64,000 nucleotides of DNA from Podarcis cretensis (Eukaryota): contig OX638151.1 of the NCBI GenBank assembly GCA_951804945.1, positions 61,442,001 to 61,506,000 of the forward strand. Direction: 5' to 3'. The notes beneath the pieces are model-generated. The model had not been told where the DNA came from. It saw only the letters and a program-made list of their open reading frames with translations, and did no database searches. The position numbers and the translations under genes were made by a program. This document shows, piece after piece, positions 25,701-39,689 of the stretch (the first letter of the stretch is position 1; each line of letters begins with the position of its first letter).

Positions 25701-27529
25701 ATAGAATTCACTGGATGAAATAAAACTAAGTTCGTGGCCTACAACATTGGTTTCCAGCTAAATTTTGTTTGAGGCCATTACTGAAGTTTTTAATGTAAAG
25801 TTGCTGTCAAGTTGCGGGTTGCCACATACTCTGTTGCACTTAGCATTTTAACTGTTCTTACTGAAGCAAACCTAGACCAAGGGTTCCTTTTAGAGTCCTG
25901 AATGGTTGCTATATAATCATACATGAGGGAGGTATTGCCAATTTTCTGAACAGGGTTGCAACCATTATGCATGCTTTAATCCCAACTGCAACATTCATGA
26001 GTATGGCAATGTGGATTCTAAGCCGTTGTATGTGTGGGGAGAACATCTTCATGAAAAAACGTGCCCCAATATTGTATCAGCAATCTTCCATGGAAAACTC
26101 GGTTCCATCCCTACTAACAAACTGTTTGGACTAAATCTACGAGCTGTTGCAGCATACAGGAGCTCCAAAAGGTGCAAAAAGCACTAATGCTGAGCCACAG
26201 TGTACTCTGCCATGCATAACAGGATTGCCACCTAGTGGACTGCTGCTGTGACAAGGAATCTCAAGATCTCAGCAATTCTGAACCATATAAGCTGTTTTTA
26301 GGCTAACTGATATCTCACATGCCTATTTTCTCTGACTGCTTGTAGCCAAAACAACAGTAATCAGTGCAAGATTAAAATAAAGAAAAAGGTTGCTGACATT
26401 TCCACTAGTAAAAAAAGATTGCCGTGTTTTCAAGTTGTAAGAAATATATATCTTCCACACTTTAATTCCACACGGGTTTTAATATTTAACATATGCATAA
26501 TGGAACTTGCCAACTGACCAGATAAGTACAGTATTAGCTTGGCCTGGCCATCTGCTTTACCAGTAGTCTTTAGTGTTAACTTTTGGTTATTTTTAATCCT
26601 GAAGCTGTACGTATTTATGCTGCTGGTAGTGGTAAATATTTATACTGAGGGTTTTTTAAATAACTATTTTAAAACTGTGAGTTGTTCTGATAGCATGGAG
26701 TACAAATATTTGTAATTTATAATATTGACGGCATTAGCCTTATTATGGAGACCAACCAGTAAGTGAGTCCCACAATACATATACCCCACTGTATGGAAAA
26801 CATAATAGTCCCTAATATATATAAGTTGTTCATCACTGGTTTAGATTATATGTGCAATCATATGTAGATATTGCATTGATTTGTATGTGCCTAGTTTTTT
26901 CAAAAGGGTTAATCTTTGGATTGTAGAGGTTCAGCTTCTAAAACGCCCTGAGCACTTTTGCCAATCTGTTGAGAATATACAGATGAATATATAAGCCTGC
27001 CTATCCTCCCGTCCAGACTCATGCACCCAGCTGCAGTAAAGAGATAACAGTTCTTCCATGAAATCACAACATTGCTATTATTAAGTTTTGATCCCCGCCT
27101 ATGCCAGAGAAGGAATAAGGCCTCAGTCCTATGCCCATATACTTGGAAGAAAATCCTGTTGAATTCAGTAGAGCTCTCTTCAAGCACAACAAAAGAGTCA
27201 CATGGCAAGTTAAAGATGAACACATTTATTACAGCATAAGCATTTATGGCTTAAGAGTCCTGATGTGTTATCTATCCTGAGCTGGCCCCAAAATTATATA
27301 CAATGGACATATGGGTGTAATGAAGAAAAATGTAAACTGAAAAGGCAAATGGCAATGAAATGCAAAAAGTACGGGCTGTTATCACGACTTACTGCTGTTG
27401 GAAACGACCACTGTACTCATTCTGAATACATTTCAGTTTTTCACAGTCTGTATTTTTAAATTTTCCATTCCCATCTTTTTCTCTCTCTACACTTATGTTT
27501 ATTCCTGCCAACTGAGGCTAACACTTCAG

Positions 27530-27622
27530 GCAGCTGAAGTGGTCTCTACTCCACAAAAGCTTATGCTAGAATAAATCTGTTATTATTTAAGGTGCTTCAA
27601 GATTCTTCAGTGTTTTTGCTGC
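27530..27622 (+). mobile_element. Penelope-like element terminal fragment
   Basis: GCTGAAGTGG...CCACAAAAGCTTATGC...AATAAATCTGTT...TAAGGTGC resembles reptile Penelope termini as I recall them. Confidence 0.5.
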
Positions 27623-29691
27623 AAGGCACTGTCTGGAACAACGATAGGACACCTGTGACACTCCGGATGTTGTTGAACTACAACCCCCATAATTCTTGAC
27701 TCTTGGCTATGCTGGCCAGGGTTGATGGGAGCTGAAGTCCAACAACATCTGGAGTGCTACAGATTCCCCTTCTCCCCTTTGGACATTTCTCAAAGTAAAC
27801 ATGGTAGAGCTGGTCTGTAGGCAGAGCAGGCTAAACATTAAGAACCGGCTTTTGATGAAGAGTGAAAGCACGAGATAAAAGTCTAGAAAGAACCAGTATG
27901 TCAGTCAGGCCTGTTGAGAGGAATTAAAGGAGTGTAGTGGGATTTACTTCCATGTAAGCAGATATAGCAGGGGTGGGGAACCCTGATCTAGCTAGTGGGT
28001 TGGTGGGTGGTTGCTTCAAGCCTGCTTTCTTCAGGGATTAGTTGCAGGATCAAGTTCCCCATGGGGAACTTGGTCATGCAGCTGATCTTGCTGCATCTCT
28101 AACTTGGTTTTTGGACTACAACTCCCATCATCCCTAGCTAGGACCAGTGGTCAGGGATGATGGGAACTGTAGTCCAAAAACAACTGGAGACCCAAGTTTG
28201 GAAAGTCCTTCTCTAGCTGCTCCACACCTAATGACACCTGACACCAGGCATTGGGCAAGTGGGCATGGCTTGGGGTAAGTGGCCATTTGGCCTTCTCCAA
28301 ATTAGGAACTGTGGCAGGCCAAATTTGGTCAGTGGGCTGGAGGCCCCCCCCCCCCCCGGTATATAGGATTACAGCCAAAGTGTCTTGTCCTACTTCGTCA
28401 ACCACTTCTCTGAAGCAGCACAGACCTGTATTTTCCACATTTCTGTCTTCAGCCATGACAGAAGCCTCTTTTGCCATTGAGTAGTATGTAAACAAATAAA
28501 TCTCTATTATGGGTATTGGAGCAACCCTCTTTTTTCTTTACAAGCAGTTCTGCTTTCTGTGCTGAACCTTCTAGTAGAATTCTGGTGACCAGCGTTCTCA
28601 TCGTCCACAAAGCACTACTCCTGGAGGCAATGAAGTAGCTGAGCACAGAAAGGTTTATTTCAAAACAATCCACTTTTGAGTTTAGTGAGTGAGTGAAGGA
28701 AGGGAAGGACCTTGCCTGTAATGGAACAACCCGCCCACCCTTTTCTCCTTTCTTAAAAGTGTCTTAGCAGATGGGCGGCTGTGGGGGGGGGGGCTGGCTA
28801 AAGAGTTCATAAAATCCTATCAGAAAGTCATCTTCACCTAGAACTCAGAAATTTTATAGCTTCTTTTTATGTCTTCCTCCACTATGGGAACTAATTTCCT
28901 GAGGAATTGCAGGCATTTCCAATTTGTTTGAAAGATCTAGAATCTGTGTGTACATGTCTGAATCAGGAGAGACAACACAGAGGACTGAAGTTAACTCATG
29001 CAACAGGTGACCTGTGGGAAGGATGAAATTATATTATGGGTTTTGCTGTTGTTCATCTTAAACCTGGGTGTCAAAACAGAGCTGTTTCTTTGCTATAACA
29101 AGTGAATAATGCTTTCTTTTGTAGGTACAAGTCTCACCATATTGCTTATATGTAGAGGAAAAGCAAAAAATAAAATAAAAAATCATCTGCATAACTGCTT
29201 TCTCTGTGGAAACTTTAATATTTTGAACGACCCACAGTAAAGAAGCACATCTAGCAGTGCAGTCTGATCTGCTAAATCTCATTATCAGCTGGTTGCACAA
29301 TACCCCTCTTTGATGAAGATTGTTATACCTTCTCTGTTGGAAAAACTTGTTTTTCTGGTCTCTCTTCCTTCTGAACCAGCTGTTGTCTGTGTTTACTTGA
29401 TCCTGCCCCATCTTCAAAAAAAGAAGTTGTCTAATTTTGATATTTGTGGTTGACAATCCATACCTTGTGGCATTAAAAGACAGACCTCTGAATGCCAGTT
29501 GCTGAGGAACACAAGTATACCACTTGTGGGCATCTGGTTGTCTACTGTGAGAACACATTACTAGATGGAAAGATGCAACAAGGTTCTTCTCGTGTTATAT
29601 ATTTGCATGACCTTAACCTTTAGGCCAAACACACGAAAGCTACTTTGGCAGGGAAACCACAAATCTCAACAAGTGGATCTGAGAGAGCTTG

Positions 29692-31532
29692 TTAATGGAA
29701 GCTAATACATCTTTGGGAGCCGCCCATCCTTGCTAGAAAAGGCTCCTTGGATGTGTTTGTAAGTGGGCAGCTTCGCCAAGTCCCTCAGGGAGGCTACAGT
29801 CGGCTTACAAACTGGTGTGTATATGATGAAGTTTTACCACACACAATAAATTTTGCAACCTATGACCAGACTTCAGGGGGTAACAGTGGGTTTACTGAAA
29901 CTAATGTTTGCATTTATTTTAAATATAACTATTGGCCAATCTCCGATTTTTTGTGGGGTAGGAAAGGGAAAATGGAACAGGGAAAGCTATTGCATACTTT
30001 GCAGTAATGAAACATGCATAAGACCCTTAACTAACTATATCTAACACAGAATTTGCCTTTTTGCTGCTGCCACATGTTGAATTGGTCTTTTCCTCATTAT
30101 TTTCGTCACCACTCTCTTGATGTTACTGGTATTCACTTGGCCAATCGAGACGCAGAGCTCGGGGGTAGCTTCCTCATGCCAGTTGCCAACACCTGCTTTC
30201 TCACATCCTCAAAAATAACTGGCTGAGACTCCAGGTTCGTCATCAGCATGGACTGCAACTCACTCAAGTTCATGGAACTTTTCTCACTCAAGTTCAACCT
30301 CTCCAATGGCTCCTGCCATTAAAATGAATTCCCAGGTGATTATTTCCACAGTTCTCAAACCTGCCTGGGGTCTGTGCTGGCATGGATGCATGGGAGGCCT
30401 GCATCTTCATAGCTGTGATGGTTAAAAAAAAAAAGGTAAAGGACACCTGACAGTTAACTCAGGGGTTGCGGAGCTCATCTTGCTTTACAAGCCAAGGGAG
30501 CCGGCATTTGTCTGCAGTTTTTCCAGGTCACGACTAAGCTGCTTCAGGCGCAACAGAACACCAAAACCAGAGCAGCGCATGGAAATGCCATCTACCTTCC
30601 CGCTGGAGCGGTACCTATTTCTCTACTTGCATTTTTTGGCATGCTTTTGAACTGCTAGATTGGCAGAAGCTGGGACCGAGCAACGGGAGCTCACCCCGTC
30701 ATGCCAATCGGCAGGCCCAAGTGGCTCAGTGGTTTAGACCACAGCGCCACCCGCGTCCTGCTAGTTGTGGTGGTAGGTGGTGGCAGTGTACATCCAGTGA
30801 TGCTGGTTGAGCACATTGAGATACAACTGGGTGAACATGCCTTTGCCTGGCCCCCCAACGGAAAAGGACCCGCCTCCTCCCAGCAGCATGTTCAGGATGG
30901 CAAAGGGGATAAAGTCTTCCTCCAGCTCAGGTTTCCAGCCCAATCATGATGTGGGTCAACTCTAAGATGGGGGTGGGCCCCAAACTCACACCTCCAGCTC
31001 AAAGCGGACTGCCATGTGCAACATCTCAATCTCCTCATCCGATAATCTGGGCTGTAGCCCAGACGGACAACAGTGTCCAGGCCTCTGGCATCGGCTGAAA
31101 TGGCGTACATGGTGGTGTCCCTTGACACCTGACAATCATAGATGTCGCCATGCTGCTCCAAAGTGAGGAGGATCATGTCCTTACTGCCAAACTGAGCTGT
31201 AGAAGAAAAGGCAAGCTTTTCGAGAAAGCGTGAAATGTCACTGGTATGTTTTGCTTCATATCTTGAGCCTTAATTTATAAGAATCCCAACTGTGCAGAAC
31301 TGTCCAAATATGTTCTGAGAAGCTACCTGCATCCTGTTCACCAGGGTGATCACTTTGGTTTCAAAGTTCTCTTGGCCATCAATGGTGGCAAAGACTGGCT
31401 TTGGCACTCCAGGGAGAGGAGCTGCCAGGGGAATGCTGGGATAGCTTCCACCACTGTGTATTTCCTGTATGCAACTAGTCCAAACCTCCATGCGGAGCTC
31501 CAGATGCCCTGACTGACCACCTTGGCCGCCAT
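29692..31532 (-). pseudogene. PMPCA: Processed pseudogene of mitochondrial processing peptidase alpha subunit
   Basis: Intronless homology from MAAK... through [52 protein letters not shown], the glycine-rich loop [29 protein letters not shown], to [11 protein letters not shown]. Has frameshifts, stops (e.g. TAA at 31270-31272), an internal deletion and two insertions. Confidence 0.93.
30424..30759 (-). mobile_element. Sauria SINE inserted into the PMPCA pseudogene
   Basis: Head GGACGCGGGTGGCGCTGTGGTCTAAACCACTGAGCC on the minus strand, ACCTTT tail, B-box region deleted; 13-bp TSD with 2 mismatches, TAGCTGTGATGGT (30410-30422) / TAGTTGTGGTGGT (30762-30774). Confidence 0.9.
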
Positions 31533-34500
31533 ATTGGCTTCCCCTCACGGCAAGGGTGGAGAGGTGTGAGTCATGCAAGGCAAATGTGGATTGGCCAGTT
31601 GAGGACAACAGTGTGGATTGGCCAGTGGCTGGCTTAAGGGGCAGAGCTGAAGTCAGCTGATTCAAGAGAAGAGGGAGGAGGTGAGAGTAAAAAGGAAGGG
31701 AGAATAAAGTCCCCACTTGACACTTCCAGATCTCTTTCTATAGCTTTTCTAATTCCCAGTAGCAGATCTTTCCCAAATCACATGCAAGTTAATGGGATGC
31801 TAAAAGGACTAGATTGGATGCCAAGAAATCCCTTCTAGAATACTTCACTCCTAAGGGAAGCATACTTTGAGCCTTCTTTAAAGCTCCATCAGTGTGGAAT
31901 AGCTGTAGTTAGATAAATTGAATAGATTCTTCTCCCTCTCACTGGAAGCAAAGCTCCATTCCATTCTCTATTACATTTGTACAATTACCATACGACTGTT
32001 GTTGGTTCAGGGTTAGCAGCATGGTACAGGAAGGTGTGGGGAATTGCTCTCATTGCATCAGAGTTATAATAGTGCACTTGCACCCCAGCATAATTTCTGC
32101 TGGGAAGGTCTGGTGGCACAATTTTACTCATGCTCAAGTTCAGATGAACTAACAGCCTTGGGGTCAGAAAGCAATTTTCTCCAGGTCACACTGGGTGGCG
32201 GAGGGATGGCTCCTTCTGTAGCCTTTGGCTTGATTAATTGGGGGTTATCTGCACTCTGGAGGAAGCTTGCTTTGCAAAAGCTGGCAGTGAAAAGAAGCAG
32301 AACCAAATATTTTTTAGTCAAAGCCTTGTCGGCAGGGGTGGGTGGGATCTCTAGGTTTTCTTTTTCAGCACATGTGCTAAAAATGTGTTTTAGGAGATGA
32401 GACTGACATGCAGAGAGCCCATGAAAATTCAAACCCGAGACCAATCCCCTTTCTCAAAGCAGAGTCATCCTCCAGTGCAGCTAGGAGAAAGAGGGAGAGA
32501 AGTTGGCTGGCTTTTAAAAATAACTTGCTTTCAATGGGGAATTTCTAGAATACAACAGTTGGAAAGGAGGACCTGCCTCATTCTCCATAAGCGCCAAATT
32601 TGGCTAGCATCTGTGTCAAACAGCAGAAAGAACATGCTGTATTGGAGGAGAATAAACAGTGTTTATGCTAATTTCCTATCCGAATTGTTTTGTATCTGAC
32701 AGAACCCATTAGTCTGAAGAATGAGATAAAGACAGATAATAACAAACTGAGCCAATCACTAGTTGCCTAATCCAATAAAAGTCACCTCCGTCTCCCTTTC
32801 AGAATTTTCACTACCAAGCAAAACAAATGCAGTCACTGCACTCTCCGGCAGACTGCACAGATTAATGTCCTGTACTGGGAGTGATGGAGAAGTGATTCCT
32901 TCATTGGCCATAAGAATGGACCATAAGCAATAAACATATTATAAAAACTGGACCCACCCAGCATGAAGAACAGCCTGCTTCATTTCCTCCAAACCAATAA
33001 ATTTCCAATAAACTTACATTTTCCCCTGCGTGAAATGGAAGAGCCACAGGACTCAGTTTTAGTGGATCTAACCATGTTGCATCCTGTTTGTCTTTTCTGG
33101 CATTTTCCCTCCTTAGCTATACCCCTTGCTAAGCACATCTGCCAACTGTGGTCCTATTCATGTGACATAGTCATCACTTCATGACTGGAATGACTTGCAT
33201 TTGTGAAAGAGCCATCATAAATGAACCAACACTGATTGAGGTTTCATATCACAGCAGAAAAATAATATTTCCTACACTGAGGTAGTTCACATGTTGAGAT
33301 ACAAATTGAGTGTTGAGTAATTAGTTGGTGTGCATGATGTGTGAACTAATAAACCAGTGGCTTCTATTTGAAGAGCATACTGAACTGTTTTCAGTCTCAT
33401 ATTTCAGGACAGAACAAACCAGACAATATATTCTCTCACACAGGGAGAGTACCTGCATAGGGCTAGTACCTGTGTTGTAGTATTTATGTGTACATCATGT
33501 TTTAATTTCTGTTTTATCTTATTAATTCTGATCCCTATGGCATGTAGCTTGGTTCCCTTGTTTGAGTCAGAGATATCTGCTTAGCAGGAACCATTCTGGG
33601 TTATGTTTACTTTCTGCTTGTGTGGTATACCATGGTCTGGATAGTGTTGGGCATTAGTGGTTTTCTCTTAAATTGGCACTTGAACTTGTGAACTCCATTT
33701 CAAATGGACGGACAGAACTTGCTTCAAAATGGTCTCATGTCCTCCAGAGATATTCACATCCCCCAAAAGTGTGTTTATATGATGGAGTCAACTTGGCTTA
33801 ACAGTAAATCTTCTATGTCAGGGAACCCTAGTTTTGAGAGGAGGGTTAGGAAAGAATTTTCATGGTCCTCATCAAGCATTCCCCGGAATTATTTTTATAG
33901 AATGCAATGCTATTAAGCCAGTACAAAACCAATAAATGTCTGTAGGGCAGACTGGTATGCAGGCTTGGAGTGTGGGGGTGGGGGTGGGGTATTTTAGATC
34001 AGCCACAATCAATAGAGCAGACATGGTTCTGATATCCAAGGTTTTCAATAACGATCATAAGCAAAATCCCTACACCATTCTAACTTCTGGGGGTGAGATG
34101 GGGAGAGAATATCAGTTACAGAAATGTGCATGTGTGAAATTGAGGAAATCAGATGAAATTGTAGAAGGCAGAAGAAGGTAGGTGTGCCAACGCTAATGTT
34201 TTATGGAAAGAGACAGCAAGTCTTTAAAAGCTATAGGTTCCTCGAAGATCTTTCCATCCTGACAATGCAACAATGGGAAAAGACACATACTCTTTCCAGA
34301 ACAATTGTAGCAGTGCTGGCTGGGCATCAAGGATTTCCAAGTGCTCACAGAAAACTCGTAGGCAAGTCAGCGTCATTCCACTAAATGCTGAACTTCCTTT
34401 CAATTTTAGGTATTAGAATAGACTACTTTGCTTGATTGAGAAGTTATAGGATCCGGTTTGGTTCCAGTTATGAAGGCAAGTGAAAATAATAAAATAAAAT

Positions 34501-37500
34501 AAAATTTAAATTTCAAATACTTGTTTCCCAAAGATGGTCCAGAAAGACAGCTTTCCCTTTTCAAGGCAAAACAGGTCCAATATTGCAGTATAATTCATTC
34601 CTCTTGTATGGAATAATGACAGAGGAACATACAAGGCATTCCCGGGCCTCTAGATAACAGAAAATAGGACAACTATTTTTCAGGCGCAGGTACCAGAGAA
34701 TAGGGACTGTCCCAATATATTTATATCCGTGTCCTCATTTGCCCCTGTCCAAATATGGAGCCCAGGGAGCCCATCTGGAGCTGGTTTGAGATCTCCCTGT
34801 GTTGGTTCTGCCTTTGGTTGTGTCTTAGACAGCTTGTGTTCAAGAGTAAGTCATAAACACCATCTTCTAATGGTCCCGTGGGCAGTGTTTTGACAAACAT
34901 CTCCCTCCTACTCAGGGACAACACAGCTCATGCAGCTGCTCCTCTTGCCTCTGGTCTTCTGCTTTTGTCTTTGCCTTTTAATAAAATACTTATTTGGATT
35001 GTTCCCCTTTGCATTTCCCTTGCTATTTGTATAATGAGGGCAGACACTCGGGAAATATCTCCTTGCCTAAGGAGAGCTCTGTATTCCCCAGAGAATGAGA
35101 CAGTCTATTGAGGCTTAATGTCCCAGGAGGCATATTCTTTTTGTAAATGCCTTCAACAGTCACCATCAACATTGCTCTGCCATGCGGTTCTCCACTTTAT
35201 TTAATATGCAGAGCTTACCACAGCTGGTTGTGTGCTTTAATTAACACCAGCTGATTTTGATCCTAATATACTAATGAAACAATGCCTTTAAAAAAAAAAA
35301 AGCTTTTGAAGTTCGCATTTTACCATATCCATCTAAGTTTGGAACCAGCTATTGTAGTTCCGTTTAGCAAAGTACACTGAGTTAGTTCAAAAATCTCTGA
35401 ACTACACCTGAAAGTAGTTTCCATAATTTCCAGGTGAACTATATATGAATTAAGTTCATTCTGGGGTAGAATGTTGATTGATTTTTAGTTCATCTTCAAA
35501 TTCATTCACTTACTGTACATGTGTTGTTTACTCTTTAGACTCTTTTGGCCTTTAAAAATTATAATTGTTAGGGGAACTTAAGTAAACAGTTCACATTCCA
35601 CTGTGTGTATGTTTTGATGTTTCCTCGGGCTTTTGAAGAATATTTTAAACTTCAACACAGCAGCTTGTAACATTCTGAATGCTGGGGGGGGGGGAATGCA
35701 AATGATTTTTTGGATGAACTGTGAACTAAACATGTTCATTTTGTAAAGGGGTGAATATGAACTAGAATTAGTTCCTTCTTTGATACCTTGAACTAGAATT
35801 ATGTAGTTATTTTTAAAAAATGAACTTTCCAGTCTCTGGGCATAACTGACTGAACTGTTCAGAAAGGTAAAAAAGTTAATGTACTTTCCATGAGCTTAAA
35901 ACTGGAAATTTAGTATCTACATAGGCCCATTACTAGAAAATTTTGAAAAGGTAACATTCATACAAATAAATGGAAGAAAGAATGCCCTCAAATGGTTTTG
36001 ATATTTTCGCATTACCTAGACAGCTAAAGCTCTGTACACATTTACCTCATAATAGTTGATGTGTTTGTTCTTCAGTGAGATCAGCAAAGGTATTTTCATA
36101 TTAGCTCGACAGCTGAAAACACTTAATGGTTTATCTCATGGGCTTACCTCATAATAAAAGTCAACACTCTAGTATAAAGCCATCCAAGTTGACTTCAGAT
36201 AACAGCCAGAAATGAGTATTCATAGTTAGAATTACACAGAAACGTGGCTTCAAGCCAGATATGCACACACACACAGAGTGATAGGCTCTGCACAGTGTGC
36301 ATGGTTGAACACTGCGAGGCAAAGCAGGTCCATGGCTCACAGGTTAAGAACACCTGCTCTAAGGCAAGCACAGGGTACAACTTCCAGCATTCATGCTAGC
36401 CAGGGCCACACACACCCCTCCCACAGGAGGCTTATTTTGATCAGAATCGAGTACACACTTCTGGTAAATGAGCCACCATAGAAGCAAGAGGGCTGTGAAA
36501 ATTTGGGTCCAGGGCCTTTCAGATTCGCCTACCCATGCACTATCTGAAACCAGTGGGGTGCATTTGTTGCCATATGTGATTTTTTCCAGCTCTCCTGCCT
36601 CACTGTTCATTCTCCTTGCTGTTCCCAGAGTGTATGAAATCACTTTGAAGTCAACTGTATGCCTATGCAGAGGTGGCTGCAGCTGATGGTTCTCTGATCT
36701 TGCAATATTTTGTAATCTTTCCAGAAGGCTCCCTCCCCCACTCCAGTCCTTTAAGGTTTCTTTCTTTCTTTTTCTATTTAGTTTTAGGTCCTGTGATTTA
36801 AAGCAGCTTTGTCAAGGGTTGGGCCAATATGTAGTAACCATGGAAATCTAGACAATATGAAAGTGGCAAAGAGCCACCGTCTCTTTATCCTCCCTATAAG
36901 TCCTGTGTCAAATGGAACTCAGCCAGCCCAGAGCTAATCAAGGAGTCAGAGAGTTTCCCAAAACCAAAGAGTTTCAATAGTGAGGTATGCAGAGGGTAAA
37001 CCGAGGACACATTTTGCAGCTGAACTTCTGAGTTTCATAGGTTTCTTTCGTTTATTTAGTTTTTGGGTCAGTTTAAGCCAGATTCTGGACGTTAATGTCG
37101 TTGTTTTGTGTGTGAAGTATGTGCTCTGTGTGCCAGACCACATGCCCTGGAACCAGTAACTCATAAAAATGTCTTCCATTTTAAAGGTAATGGCAGTTAT
37201 TCTGTAAATGGGGTGATGCTTAAAAGAGCTTCAGGCTGCTGCTATTACCTCAGAGAAGGTAAAGATGAGGAGGACTGATCCTGGATAACCACATATCATA
37301 GGGTGAAACAACTTGCTAGACAGTTTCTCAGTTATTTCTCTGGCCACCTGCAATCCTTTCACCACCTGCTCCTTGAAATTCACATCCCCAAGGCTTAGGA
37401 ATTTCTTTTCCTAATTCAGAAGCTGAACAGACCTTGCCTTAACTTCCTTCACAATGTAGGGCTCTCCCCCCCTTTGCAGTTCAACTGTTAGCTTTAACTA

Positions 37501-39689
37501 CCCTCAAGTTCTTCCCTTTAAAACAATTTCTCCCTGGTTTCCACGACAACTGCTCAGGCTTTTTGGTTATTCATATTATTCTGTCAGGCTAGCATTTGAA
37601 TAGTCAGAAGCATCGTGGGAAATGAAACATTTAAACCTTTATATCCCTATTAAGAGCTTCCCAGATGATAATGCTTCCCCATTCCTGTAGGACAAAATAT
37701 CTATTAGCCCATGTCCATCACCAGGGGGGTGACAACTACTATGGGGTGGGGATTCCTAAGCCTTGCTGAAGGGGGAGAGCTGCTCTTGTGTCAACCATCT
37801 TTGGGGAGGGAGGGATGAGAAACACCCTAAAACATTCAAAGGTTTGTGCTCCAGCACTAGAGAGTGCCAGAACACAGAACAAAAATGAAAGATTTAGGAA
37901 ATGGAGGGGCATTGTTGTAAAGAGAGATGGAAGCTTTCCTTGTGTTCAGCACTTTCTGATTTTTAAAAGGCAACATGAACACTGCTAATGCTGGATGATA
38001 AAACATCCCCCCCCCAGCCTAATAAACCCACAGTACTGTTTGGTGACTTTTAGGAGGGGCTGGGAGGCGAGGTCCAAGCTTCCAACCAAATGGTCCTCCA
38101 CTTCTCTTTTTATTTGTTTTATTTGCTTTTCGCCCAAATTTCTATAGTGGTTTAAAACATTTAAGGCAACAACAAAAAGCTCTAAAAATGATAGCATAAA
38201 CCAAAAACAACAGTGCAGCAATCCTAATAAAAACAGGGTCAGCACAACGGTTCATTCCCCAAAGGCTGACTGAAGCAAGTTTCTACTTGTCTGTAAAAAT
38301 TGGGCACACAAATACATAGATTTAGACAAATGGACACAAAATGCATATTAATTTCCATGCATACAGGGTTGTTGGTTGTTGTTTAAAAAAACAACCACCC
38401 CACAATGTATGTGGAAATGGGGAGAACCCAACTTAAGACTGAATAAATGAGAAACTGATAGAAACCAAAAGCAACAGATTCACCTACCCCTCCCCAGGGG
38501 GCTATCTGGAATGCAGAAACTGAGGGTGGGGGTTAAGCATCTATTTTTGTGCCACTTCTCTGCTTTAAATTCCCCTCTTGCAAAGCTGTTTTTCTTCTTA
38601 AGACTGGCCTAGGGCTCAAGTTCCATGGGGCTTATTCCCAGGTGTTTGCGGAAAGGACGGCAGCTGTAGCCATGACCAAATTTAGTTAGATTATATCATG
38701 TATATATTTTACAGAGCATATCCTGCTTTTTCATTTAATTAAATATTCAGCAAAAAGGAGCAATTACCATAGCAACATTTTCCTTCCAAAACCCATAATG
38801 GGAGACCATGCAGCTGAAAATGCATACCACACACTTAAAACTTGCAGATTTGCACACTGCAAACATCAGAATTTCCACATGCAAGAGGAAGTCATTTAAG
38901 CAATTTGCACATTCTCATACTTTTGTAATACTCTATTATCTCATAAATAAAGAGACCTTCCTTTGTTCAGCTGGGTTCATCTCCATCCCACTGAAGTGTT
39001 GGCAGTGGTTCATGCCACCTCCAGATCTCTAGCTATAAATTCCTGACAGTAATCCCACGCTATGCAAATGTATAAACTGAAAATCCACTTTATATTATTT
39101 TTAAGCACAGTCCTTGGAACGGAACAGTACAAGTAAAATTGCTAAAGGGGGAGACACACATTCTCCACTGCTTGAATAGCAATCATTCAGTTTCATGAAG
39201 TTTCGTGTATGTTAACATTCAAGCTAAGGTTAAATATGTGTACATTTTGGAAAGCTGGCAGGTTTCTAAGGACTGAAAATGAAACAGAATGACAGTAGTA
39301 CTTTGAGGACATCACAGTTGCAAATAGATTGGTTGATTTAGTGCCCACACAGTGTCTCTGTCACTAGATGAATCCCTGTATGAATGACACTTGAAGGACA
39401 CCACCTTTCCCCATCTAAGTGGAGCAGCTAGGTATGGGCCAATGTTATTTGAAAGTCCTGGAGGCAGGTAGACCTTTGAGTGGCAAGAAGCAGGTAGAGG
39501 ATGTGAAAGAAATTGGATTTATGTGTAGTGATGGGGCATTTGGGCAGGCAAAAGGAGGGAACTGTGTAGGATGCAGATTTTGGAATTTCTCAAGATGTCT
39601 GATAATCATTAGCTAGTGTACTGCATTGTGTGACATGGATAAATTTATCAAAATAACAAAAAGCACATTAAATCTCATCTCCCAAATCT

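Noticed and set aside
29823-29898. Possible C/D box snoRNA (ATGATGA ... CTGA)
   Set aside because: No convincing terminal stem, no guide sequence I can recognise, and it is not in an intron of a plus-strand host gene.
30761-31716. PMPCA-like ORFs as a functional gene
   Set aside because: In-frame stops, frameshifts, a large deletion and a SINE insertion disrupt the coding sequence.
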